From positions 25,038,213 to 25,102,212 of the forward strand of contig OZ234493.1 in NCBI GenBank assembly GCA_965153455.1: 64,000 nucleotides of DNA. Direction: 5' to 3'. A program made the translations under genes and the position numbers. This DNA comes from Sphagnum compactum. Its lineage: Eukaryota. Shown in pieces: positions 37,240 through 49,537 of the stretch (its first letter is position 1; each line of letters begins with the position of its first letter). Under the pieces are notes generated by a model. That model had not been told where the DNA came from. It ran no database searches and worked only from the letters and a program-made list of their open reading frames with translations.

Positions 37240-38175
37240 AGACTCCTTTTTATGCCAGAGGTTCATATGCAAGGTGAGCTCTCAGCACCTTGCCTGGTAG
37301 TGCTTTGGACACTCACCTTGCCAATCAATCCATCTGACACTTTCAGTAAGCCTCAGTAGTATGAGATGCTGTACTTCCTCTAGCAATCCAATTTCAAAAG
37401 TCCTCTGAAATTCCTACTTTTGTGATTCCACAGCAATTGAATCTACAGCCTTTGGCTTCATATGTTCAAAGTAATACTGATAAAACAGATCACCAAAGTA
37501 GGCACACATGGTCGCCAGTTGCATAGCTCCTTCCTCATTGCCAACACTAGTTATCGCATGGACCAGTATAGCATCTTACTATGTGAGTGGTTGGGCACTG
37601 CTGCCAGCAAGCAATTAGATGAACTGGAACACTAAGAGAAAACATGATGCTTCTGAAACCCAAACTGAAGTAGCCACCACCTGGCCAGACATGAGGATGC
37701 TTAGAATTGGAAATGTTTGCCTATTGTCCAAGTTGCTGCACATTCGATACTGTTGAAAGAGGAGCTTGTATTCACGGTTATGACATGTCTTCAGCATAAG
37801 GCAATGTGAGAGTGCTTGGCTTTTTCTTTGGCATTGTTTCAAGACTAGGTAGCAATCCTAGCCAGAAGCAAAAGAGGAACCTGAACCCTAAAGGACTAGG
37901 TTTCTAGACCAGATTGTGAGTGCTTTAGGTTTCTACTCTTCAAGCAGCCAATCCTTCTGACGCCTGCCTTGTAATTTGCAAAACTTTGAGGGCATAAGCA
38001 GAGTTAGCCTGAAAAGGAGAATCGTCAGTTGACCACATTGCAACTTCTTCAGACCCTGTAATACGCCTTTCCAAAGGTATTCAATTGGACATGATTTGCA
38101 TTTCAGTTTTGTTCTAAGTTTGCTGGACACATTGAGACACTATTGGTAATTTTGTGCCATACTCTTCAAACACCT
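37240..38175 (-). pseudogene. Possible decayed fragment of an unidentified plant gene
   Basis: Higher-GC, coding-like minus-strand stretch. An acceptor-like CAG is followed by VFEEYGTKLPIVSQ...EEVAMWSTDD...AYALKVLQ and, further on, DAILVHAITSVGNEEGAMQLATMCAYFGDLF, with in-frame stops. Identity not established. Confidence 0.3.
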
Positions 38176-39672
38176 GTAACTATTAGGAAATGTTCCTGTT
38201 TTGAGCATGCAAGCTTATCTATTTTATAGCTCTCATACATCAAGATTGATCAATTTAGACAATCTTTTGACCGATGGTATGTGTGTATTTGGTTTAGGAC
38301 CAATTTAGGACTAACACTTCGTATGTGTAAAAGGCATAGTGGAACTTATTTAAACTAATTGTAATTGTACCGTACCCATGACCAATAATCAGCAAATCTT
38401 TTTGAATTGAAATTGTTTTTTTGAAAAAATAATAACTGAGCCCAACATTTTGAATATTTCAAGATTTTGAGAAAGTACTCTATAAATGTTGGGCTATCAC
38501 AATTGTTTCAAAATTTATGAGAAAACTTTCAAAAGCATGAGAAAAGCATTCTGGGAACATTTTCACCTCGGTAACTTTTTTGTTCGGCCTCACAAAAATG
38601 CAAAGGTTGGGGTGGGGCTCACTCCTTGCTCTCATTTACACTTGCACTTACAAAGAGTAGCAATGACAATGGAAAGAAAAATATATCCCCATCATACTTC
38701 ATACCTTAAGAAATTACATTTACACACCCAACATGAAATTACATGACTACATGTGAGTGAATCATAATGATTTGCAATTTCCCAATGTAAATTTGAAACA
38801 AAATCATGCCTTAAGTTAAATATAGGTGTAAATCATTTACAATGAAACACAATTTTAAATGACCATACAATCACAACATTGGTTTTGATCATTCAAACCT
38901 CATTCTAAACATTTGAAATTTCTCAAAAGTTTAAAATTTCTAATGTGGAAGTGGTAGTTGAAAGTTTTGGCAGTGCTTCTTATTAATTCTCAAAAAGATC
39001 AATTAGGTAGTCTAGCTTCATTAACTAATTTAAGATAGAAACCTAGTTGAATGTGGGTTGAAACTTAGCTTAGGCACAATGCATATTGGAATTGCAAGTA
39101 TTGAGATTTGAACCCCTCACTTCCACAATTAAAAAACAAATTTTAAACCACTTTTCATCAAATAATAATGTTTGTCATCATGTATTATTATGACAAATTT
39201 TTTTTAATCTACCTAAGAAGTTTAACCTAGCTACCATACTACCTAGGTTAGAACAGCTATTTTTTAGGCTATTTTAGAATACCTAGGCTTGTAATTTTTC
39301 TAAACGGTTATTATTAATCAAGTATTGTAGGTTCAACCCTAGGTCACCAATTTTAAGCTATTTTAGGTTATTAATTTAACCTACCTTAGGCTATTTTAAA
39401 AGGACATAGGTTACATTTGGCTATTTTTGACTACTAAATTAGGCCACTTTATGTGATTAATATGCTAGGAGTAAGTTATTTTAAGTTAATATTAAGCTAC
39501 CTCAAGCTAACTTAGCTATTAACTAGGTATTCTAAGTTATTACTAATGTAGCTTAGGCTACTAGGGTACCAATTAAACTACTAATCAATATGTTGTATTA
39601 CTAGGCCTTGTTTTGATATTATGAACCATATTATTACTAAACTATTTTTTAGGTTACTAGTAAGTTACTTAA

Positions 39673-39767
39673 AACAAAGCTCTTAGGAAAACAACTAATC
39701 CACTACTACTAACCATGTGGTGAACTAACAAAGTTCTTAGGAAAACAACTAATCCACTACTACTAAT
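39673..39767. repeat. Tandem duplication, 2 x ~40-bp core
   Basis: AACAAAG(C/T)TCTTAGGAAAACAACTAATCCACTACTACTAA occurs twice, ~54 bp apart. Confidence 0.85.
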
Positions 39768-41443
39768 TATGGCATTAGTTGTAGAAATGACATATAAATG
39801 GCATGCCCAATACAACTACATGACTAAGTTTGAAATGTAGTCATAAAAATAAACAATCACAAAACCGTGTTTTTAATGTATTATCATTCATCAAAGACAA
39901 GGAAATTAACATTATCCTAATAGTCAATTTGTGAAAAAATATTAAAAATCTCCATGATACCTTTAAACATATATAAGTTGGGTATAAGATTGTTATTGGT
40001 TAAAATCAATAGTTTTAGAATTTTGGGTTCATTTTAGTTGTTTTCAACATTGGAAATGTAAGCAAAATTGTCAATTTAGAAAATGTGCTACAAGATAAGC
40101 TAATCCAACACTTATTTTGCATTAATAACCAACTTCTAGAAATTTGCTACTAATGAGTCATCCATAAAAGTCACTTGTCCCACCACATTGTTGTTCACCA
40201 CACACACACATTCAAAGAAGACAACAACAAAAAATAAGCAACATTATTGAAACTTCTTCCTAATGAGGTGATTTTTACAACCATCACAAGGAGAATTGAA
40301 CAATGAACCAAATGTAATAAACTTAATTAAATTCCTAAAATAATAGGGTGGTAGTAAGGCAATGGGTGACATCAAGTTTACATGTGTTTTAGGTTTACAT
40401 TAGGGCAATAGGGTATAAACTTAATGAAATACATGTGTTTCACTTGGTTATGAACTACACAATATGAACAACTTCACAAGTTTGTGTATTAAGGTTATAA
40501 TTGAACATAAACATTGTGTAATTATGTTGAATATTGTTCATTGCACAACCTATAAAGTGTCCCATAATAACAAGAGGACATTGTTCCACATTGACTAAGT
40601 ATTTCACAATGTTGTCAAGAAATAAAACAAAATTATGAAATTGACTTGAACGTGTTTGAGTCTAACAATTGTGATGCCTTGATCAAGAGCCTTTCAAAGC
40701 TATAAATGGCCAAATGAACTTTCTAACAAGTCATGTATCACCTACAAAATTTCAAAGCAATAGATTCAATTCTTGTGTGTAAAATGGCATGTTTTTGTTT
40801 AATTAATTTTTTTTTATGGCCTTTCAGTGATCCAACTTACTCCATGAATGAAAGGATGTGTTCAATGATTAATATGTTTAATGTGTTTCATATCTCATTG
40901 TAAACTTCCAAGTAGAAAGTAATGATTTCAATGTCATGTGATCAGGGCAATATTAATCCAAAAATGGGGTGTAGTTTATTAGTTTAAATCACTATGGGAC
41001 CTTCAAAATGAAATAGGTTCACCTCACCCTAGTCATTTCACCTAGTTTTAAGTTATGTCACTATATTATCACTATGTAATCATCATGTTTCACTACCAGT
41101 TGGCATAATTCACTATTAATTGAAATAATTCATTATAAGAAATAATTTTTTCTTTTGCTTTAAATATTTTAGGTTATTATTATAAGTTATTATACCTTAT
41201 GTTATTTGAAGTTATTTTAAATCATTATACCTTATATTATTGTACTTTAAGTTATTCTTCATTATTTCACCTTCATTTATTAAAGTTATTATATCCTATG
41301 TTATTTTCAACTATTCTAGACTATTCCAACTTGTGTTATTTTAAGTTATTCTACTTAAGGTTGTTTTCAACTATTATAGGTTAGTATAGGTTATTTTCGA
41401 TAATTTTATGTTATTTCACCTTAGGTTATTATAGGATATTTTG

Positions 41444-41718
41444 CCTTACATCGCAAACTTGTACCCTCCATGTATACATGTGTTTTTACAACATTATCAA
41501 TGCGTTCCAAATTAAATGTTAATGAAATGTCAATCATTCATTGATGATGTTATAATGACATTGTAATACAATGATTAATCATCGTAATGCATTTCAATGT
41601 CATCACAACACCATAACAATGATTGTATCGACACTTCATTAACATTTAACTTTGAGCACATTGTTAAAATGTTGTAAAAACACATGTACATGGAAGGGGC
41701 AAATTTGTGACATGAAGG
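41444..41718. mobile_element. Fully palindromic MITE-like element (~275 bp)
   Basis: Left arm CCTTACATCGCAAACTTGTACCCTCCATGTA(TA)CATGTGTTTTTACAACATT... pairs with right arm ...AATGTTGTAAAAACACATGTACATGGAAGGGGCAAATTTGTGACATGAAGG. Pairing continues to the central ATGATTAATCAT at 41571-41582. Confidence 0.8.
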
Positions 41719-42994
41719 TTACTATCCATTTTTCTATTTTAGTTTATTTTGGGTTATACTTTAGGTTATTTTAAGGTATTAAAAATTATTCTACCTATAC
41801 TTTAGGCTACTATAATTTAAATCAACCTAAGATTAGATAACTTAAAATGACATACATAAAACAATTTTAAATAATTTGGAATAACCTACAATAGCTTAAG
41901 GTGGAATAAGCTAGAACAATTGACAATAGCCTAGGATGGAGTAAATTTAGCCAAAAATAGCATAAGGTCAAATAATGTAAAATAACATAGGGTTGAATAA
42001 CCCAAAATAGCTTAAGGAAATAGCTTAAAATAATTTTAAATAACATAAAGTGGAATAGGCTAAAATAAAATGTATTAAAATAACCTAGAGTGGAATAAAT
42101 TAAAATAATCAAAAATAATTTAAGGTGGCGTAACCTAAATAATAAAAATTAACACAAGGTGGAATAATTTTATAATAACTTAAAATAATATAAAGTGGAT
42201 TAATCGAAAATAACTTAGGGTAATATAATTTTAAATAACATAAGGTACAATTGCCTAAAATAGTCAAGGCTAAATCATTATAAAATAACTTTGGTTTAAA
42301 TAACTTTTTAAAATTTGAGGCGGACAATTTAAAATAACTTATGATAGTTTAAGAATAACTTAAAACTAACATAGGAACCTAGCTTGTGGTAGCTTACACA
42401 TAGGTTAGGAGAAAAATGTGTATAGTAATGTGTGGTGACAAATCATTTTTCATTTATTTAAATAATGATCCAATGGTTAAGGATTTATTTCTTAAACATG
42501 GAAGTGAAGGGAGTCAAGGGGTTCAAACTTTCACATTTGCATTCTAAGTTAGTGGGTTAAGTGGTTTAACTTTTAGGTGTCTAACCTAACTTAAGCGAAG
42601 TTCTTACATGCTTACCTTAGTTTAAATTCATAACTTAGCTTAACTATGTGTCACACGCATGAAAATTACAAAAATAAATGAAGAAATGATAGGTTTAAAT
42701 CTAAACCCAAAACATGAAATAGAAAAACCAAAACAAAAACACAAATGTTACAACAAAAAACACGAAGTGTGCAAGACTAAAATACAAAAAATAATTTATT
42801 GTGATTAAATAAAAAAACGTAAACACAAAAAAAAGAATAATGTTATAGTGTAAAAGTATCCTTCATATTGGTGTTCAATAGACTGAAAATAATGGGGAGT
42901 CTTATTTTTATGTATATTCCTTTAAATACCTAGTTCAAAGAAGCTTCCATGGAGGTTTCCATGTGTTTCATTGACTAGAGAAGTTTCTTTTGCA

Positions 42995-43405
42995 ATTGAA
43001 TTATGAATTTAATTACAATTTAACTAAGAATGAACTAAAAGTCAATTATGAATCAATTAAGAGTTAACTAAAAGTGTACTAAAAGTTAATCATGAATCAA
43101 TTAAGAGTTAATTAAAAATGTACTAAAAGTGAATTAAAAATGAACTAAAATTTAATTATGAATCAACTAAAAATGAACTATGTGTTAATTAAAAATGAAC
43201 TGTGAATTAATTATGAGTGAATTGGTAGTTGATTAAAAATGAATTGAAAATTAACTAAAAATGAATTAATAGTTAATTATGAGTCATGGATGAACATCCA
43301 TATAAATGAACTCCGTTGATCATGTGAAAGTGATATTCATGACACTATGAACTAGGAGGTTAATATAATGAATTAACTATTAATGAATTTTATTAACTAT
43401 TAATG
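42995..43405. repeat. AT-rich degenerate minisatellite (AATTAAAAATGAACTAAAAGTTAATTATGAATC-type)
   Basis: Repeated AATGAACTAAAA / AATTATGAATCAA / GAGTTAA motifs. Confidence 0.75.
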
Positions 43406-46400
43406 ATATCATTTGTTTGGGACTTTATTCATTAAAGGATTTACCACTTTCACCATGGTAAATTTATCCAAGTTCACTCAAAATTTAATAAAATACTGAA
43501 TGAATTAAAACAAATTGGTGCAATCCAATGATTATTTGTTTTTACAAAACCTCCTTCTACTCCAACATTTGGTTAAATATGTTTAGTGTTCAACTTTTGA
43601 AAACTTTTGCAAATATATATAATAAAACATCAACAAGCAAGGCAAGGTTTTTAATCATCATTCAATTAATCATAGGCCAACATAAGTGTTATTTGCAACT
43701 TCATCATCATCAATTGGTATTTACATGATGATAACTAACCCTATAAAAATCTTCAAACTATGTACTGCCATGATTAAGTGTTAAACAACATTGGGCACAT
43801 CCAAATTTTTTTAAACACCAAAAGTTGTACAATAGGTCAAGATTCTTATGAACCTCCAAGAGTTAGTGGGAAAAAAATTAAAAATACATGGCAAATGAAC
43901 TCACATGTAAGGTGGAGAAGGTGACAAAGTAGCAAGCAAGGGGGAAGGAAACCTTATGCTTTGGTGGTGGTGGTGATGATGGTGGTAGTTGTGGGTTTTT
44001 TTAATTTAAAAAAAGTCACAACAATTGCAGAAACGTGAGAGTCCAACTTCTTGCAACATTGGCCAACTACTTTTTTCCACTTATGATGTATACAAAGGAA
44101 TGCTTATAATCATTCTTTAGTGACTTGGTTTGTTATTCACTTTAGAAGGTTGTTACGAATGCAAGAAGAAGAATAATTGATTATGCACACAATAATGTAC
44201 CTTTATATTCACATTCACTTATGCCCAATCCTTGAATATGTTTTTGTTCAATTCTTATGTGCATATTGAGTTGGAAAAATAGGAACCTTGAAATATACAT
44301 TTTAAAATGTTTTATTCTTAGATGTAATTTTGAAAAAAAAAATTCAATTTTTCTGGGTGTGAATTACAATCCTGATTAAAACCTTAAAAGTTCAAAATTT
44401 CAAAACCATGAAAATTGAAAAATTGAAAGATGTATTGACCATGGCCTTAATAGTTTGAATAGGATGAAAAAAAAACTACGACTTTTTAAAGGCATATGAA
44501 AGAGATGGTACTATGGCATTAATAGTTTTAAACAACCAATTTTTTTAGGAAATGACAATTTAAGGTTTCAAACATTTTAGCACAATTATGTAATAATTAT
44601 TACAAATTTCAACATATTAATTATTTTCTTTTGAAACCATTCAAGTCATACAATATGTGCATGTAACACCAAAATAAAGTTATTAGGAATGATAATATTA
44701 TGGTTTATGAGTAGAAAGATGGATCTAAACAAGGGAAAGTAATAACACATTTTATCGCCCCTACCTTGAAAATCTTTTGACATGGGAGTTAGATTTAAAC
44801 TAATGAATAATTTGGTTAATGTTTGTTTTGTGTTAGACATAATTGAAAGTCAATTGTGTAGATTTGATTAAATTTTAAGAAATATTTTCAAAATAATTTG
44901 ATGATTAATCCATAGAAGGATGATACTTTTAAAATGTTAATATGTGACATAATATTATTGATTTGACGTTTATCAATGATAATGTTTAATACATGTAAAT
45001 GAATGGTGTTGATAATTCATCCATTGATCCTTTCGAGTATTTAAAGGGTTGTGGGTGGGGTTTCAATCTTATTCTCCATGTCATGATTTCATGTTGTTAA
45101 TTTGTTATTTAGCCTTGGGATAAGTTTTTTTTGTGTAATGCAAATTTTTCATCACACAACATGATAATGAAAATCGTGTGAACCCATTCTTCATTGATTT
45201 GTAATTTTTGCACATGAATATCATGTCTCTAAAACATGTATCCTTTATCCTACTACATCCTTCATATGCATTTTACACACTTCCTTCACATGACATCCAT
45301 GTGCAAAAACTACAAAGCAATCAAAATGAATTTGACATATTTTCCATTACCAAATTGTTAGATACAAAGTTTCTCAAGAATTGAACTTATTTCACAATAG
45401 AACTATGTGTCATTTTGGTTATGGAAGTGTTCACAAGAGTAAACATATGTGTTTTTAATGAGTGATCCCAATAAGGCGAGGTTTTTAAATGTGTGTGATG
45501 AGCTCCCCCATTGGGTGTAGTCTACATAAAGACCAAACTTTAGACACATTGGTGATCCTAGCCCAAAAACATGTAAGTTTCATCTTTGATATTGTGAATG
45601 TTTTGTATGATATATGGGTGTTGTGTGGGGACTTAGTTTGTGTAACCTTCAAGTGCTAATAAGGATTTAATTGAAAATCAACCCTCATACATCTTTGACC
45701 TTTTTTAGGCTACTGTTGTTGAGTAGGTATCATGAAGTGGGCCAATTACCCAACTCAATTTTAGGCTGGTTTTCTCATTGAAAATTGTTGGGTATCACAT
45801 TAGGTGATATTCAAATTAATAACCGCCTTGCTAAGTTTCACTTGAGGGAGAATCGACCTTTAAGAATTGATTACATTTGATTTTCTAAAAATGTTGATAT
45901 CTAGGTGGGGTCAAAGGCCTTAACTCAAGTCTAGTTTTTAAGTTAAACATATTCAAGCCTATACATTTAGAAGCTAGTAACTATTCATAGTTAGAAGCCT
46001 AGAAGCCCAAACTATTTGAACCTAGGACCTCCTAAAGGAGGTTAAAATTGAAACCAATGGATTATAAGGTCTCAAATGAAAATGATTTATAGGGTCTCAA
46101 ATGAAAATGATGTATAAACTTTCTTATTTAATGTGAATACATTTTGATGGCTTTTGTTTTAAAGTCCTTATCGTGTGTAACTAAATAAAACAATCCACAA
46201 TGCTTTCACATGCATAAAAGTTCACGGTTTAGGGATTCAGACTCAAATGTCTTCATCTCATAAATCTTAGGTTCAAAATCTTTTTTTTTATATGAAAATT
46301 GGTTTGATCCCCATCTATTTTCCTATCAATGAGTTCTGGCCTACTTGAAAATTGGTGGGTTTATTTGTCTGATGATTTGAAACTTGAAGTGATAATTGAA

Positions 46401-47769
46401 TTTTTTTTTAAAAACTAAACTCGTTCTCCTTAACCTTTTATAAAATTGGCCCTAGTGGTTATTTGAAAAAGGTGGCAACCACATAACATTGTTCCATACC
46501 TCCATTCCAAATGGGTTTCCAACTTTATGAAAAAAAGATGAATTGAATATGAATTTTCACGAGAGAAAGAAAGAAAAAATTCAATTTATGGATTGTTTTA
46601 TATACAATGTCACATAAAGGTGCCCCTTTTTTTGAAAAAAAAAACTTTAACTATCATCCCATAACTACAAAATAAACTACATCGTAAAATTCATGCATTA
46701 TGATAATACTTAAGTTTTTAAAAAGAACTTAAAGAGTAAAACATCCCATATGTTTTGCCAATTGTTTTTTCATGATGTTCTCATAGTTCCCACATACCCC
46801 ACATGTTGTTCCCAATAGCCATTTTTTGTTCCATATTCCTTGCCCACACCCTTATTGCATAGATCCATAGCTATTATGATAGATTGGATTATAAGTCATT
46901 CATACAAGAAAATATTACTTAAGCTCTTTTTAAAAGAACTTACATACTATCATAACTTTTTTTGGCTTGGCACTCAAATGTTGAATAACAATTTCATTTT
47001 CAAAATTCACTTTGGTAGTAAATGATAATAATTTATGAAAATTTGGCAATAAATATAAATAACTTCTCTAGACTCCAAACCTTTAATATAATGAGACCTT
47101 TTACCATATTTTCTACTTCTTTTTGCAAGAATGGGGAGACGTAATGTTTCACCAAATTAAAGGATAGAGAGATCTTGCCAATTATTGAATACATGCTTTG
47201 CAATGGGTGGATTGGCTTGAAACAAAAAGATCCTAAATTCCCACAAATTTTTGTATTTTGCCTTCCTTCAATCTTGTTGTTTGTGCATGCATGATATTGT
47301 TCTTCCTCTTTTTGTTTTTCAATGTTGTCAATTCCAAGTCTAGGTTACTCACTCTCTTCTCACTCTCTTCACCTTTGCTTGAACAATAGATTTAATTGTC
47401 TCAGGTGTGTTTTAAACTCTTTTCTAAAAATTTGATGGAACCATAATTCCCTTCTTGAGCTCTACCTCTATAGTCATTTTATCTAACTCACTTTCATAGA
47501 CCCCCTTTTTTCAACCTTGCCCAAACCTACTTCATGCAAGACATCACATTGACAACCCCAAACCCTGATCATTTTGTTGAAGGCAAAAACAACCAAATGA
47601 TGTGGCAGAAAATTTAGGTGCCACACAAAGTTAGGGTAGTTTTCAAATTTTTGACATCCAAGGGTAATAATTTTGTTAAATTCCAGCATTTTAAATAGAT
47701 AAGTTCTAGAAATTTAAAGTTTTTCAAAAATACTTTAACTAGTGATGTGAAAAGGTACTAACAAATATG

Positions 47770-47975
47770 TGTTTTGTCAATTGTTTTTATATGTTGTTCC
47801 TACAAATTCCCAAACTCCCATGTACTTCCTAATTGCCTCTTTTCATTCCATATTCCTTGCCCAAAGTCCTCATATATGTTTTTGCCAATTATTCTTTATG
47901 TTGTTCCCACAAATTCCTACATTCCTCATGTTGTTCCCAATAGCCACTTTTGGTTCCATATTCCTTGCCCAAAAG
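47770..47975. repeat. Tandem pair of a ~107-bp repeat; third copy at ~46750-46845
   Basis: TTTTG(T/C)CAATT...GTTGTTCC...TTCCATATTCCTTGCCCA at ~47771, ~47880 and ~46753. Confidence 0.75.
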
Positions 47976-49537
47976 TCGTGAATGACCTTTTTTTTTCTTT
48001 GGCGAAATTTAGCCAAAAATCGAAAAATAAAATAAAAAATTCGAGAAACCAAATAATTTTGGAGGCTTTCAATCCTTAGAAGTATTTTTCTAATGTAAAA
48101 AAATTATATATATATATAGCCAAATACTTGGTTTTGAATGTATGTGTAGGGATCAATATAGAACCTAAATCAAAGACTTATAATTTCCACAGCCTTCTTG
48201 GCTACACCACGCGTAAGCCCTTGTGACACGTCCGAAAAGAACAAGAGTTCGAATCCTGCCAGTCTCCAGAAAACTCTGCAAATTGTCCTCTTCCTCCCGC
48301 ACAACCTTCTGTTGCTGCATCTGCTTGCTGTTCCCATCGTCCTCGTGCTTTCTTCCTCCCGAACTCCTTGTGTGAAAATTGGCTTTGCAGCTTTGTTGCA
48401 GCTCAAATCTCCCAAGCTCAGATCGAAGGAACTTTTCTTTGTATAGAAAGATCTGAGTTTTTGTTGTTGGAGGAATAAGACCTTTCTTTCACAGACAGGT
48501 AGGTGGTTCTTCTTCTTCTTGTGGTTTTTGGGTACAAATTTTTCTGATTTCTGCATCTGCTGTATCTGTGAAGGAGTTGAGGCATCTCTATATCCTTTTG
48601 TAGCTCTGCCCTTTTTTGCCCCAGTGGGTTGGGACGATACTCATGGTTTCTCTCCCCTAGTAGTAGTTTTCGGCCCGCTCCTCCTGCCCCCCACCCCAAA
48701 GCTTACAACAAGCAAGTTCAGTCCAAGCATGCACTCAAAAACCCTAAAATGAAATGGGTGTAAAACATTTTGTTTCTTCTGAATGGGTCCTTGTACTCTT
48801 TGACCTTCTGGATTTGAACTTAATGATGAGCTGAAACTGTTTTTGTCATCGTTGTGCAGCAGATCAGAATACCTAGCATCTGCACTCTCCTGTCGCAACA
48901 GCTAGGTCAAGTCCCCCCCTCGCCCCCCCTCCCCTGGTTCAGGAATTCCTTCATTGCTCACCCATGAAGAGGGTTTGTTGATGCACCCTGTGCACACTTG
49001 GATAATACAAATGCCAGGAACGATGTCAGCTGCAATGTCAGGCTGAATTGTGCTCTGAAAAACTCTTGAGGATCCATTTTTATGGCAGGCATGCTTTGTG
49101 AGGGTGTGGGTCGTGGCATGATGGATTCGTTGGTCTATTGCAATGCTCGGAACTTTTCTTCAATTGGGTGGCCAAGGACACGAGCAATTGCCTGATTGGG
49201 AAGTGGGAACTCTTGCAGCTGAGAAAGAAGTATATATGCGATGATGCCTGCACATGAGTCAGTCAGTCTAGAAGCTTCAAACATTGGTGTGAAATCAGCT
49301 CCTGAAATTTCTTCACATATGAAATGCCACAGCGTTTGCTTGCTAGTGTGCTTCAACATTTATTACTTGCTAAGGCATAGCTGATTTTCCTGTTCCTGAA
49401 AGAGTACAGTATGATTGTGTGCTTGATTTACTTTTTATGAATGACAGAATGAAAGTTAAGCATCAGATGGTTGTACCTGTTCTTGAACTCAGACTTCGAT
49501 GTTGTTGTTGTGGTGCTTGCTTTCTCTTTTTGTAGAA

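Larger units (their letters stand above)
39050..42620. mobile_element. Foldback/MULE-like non-autonomous element with long imperfect inverted termini
   Basis: 39080-39190 (...TTGAGATTTGAACCCCTCACTTCCAC...TTTGTCATCA) is the reverse complement of 42430-42545 (GGTGACAAAT...ATGGAAGTGA...GGGGTTCAAAC). T-rich TTAGGTTATT arrays (39240-39660, 41165-41440) face A-rich AATAACCTA arrays (41830-42370). No TSD identified. Confidence 0.55.

Noticed and set aside
42468..42535. tRNA gene
   Set aside because: Only degenerate A/B-box-like motifs and no cloverleaf stems; treated as part of a repeat terminus.
48198..48446. ORF as FBT transit-peptide exon
   Set aside because: It starts at TTG, has no ATG, and stops at 48446 before the nearest good donor (48498).
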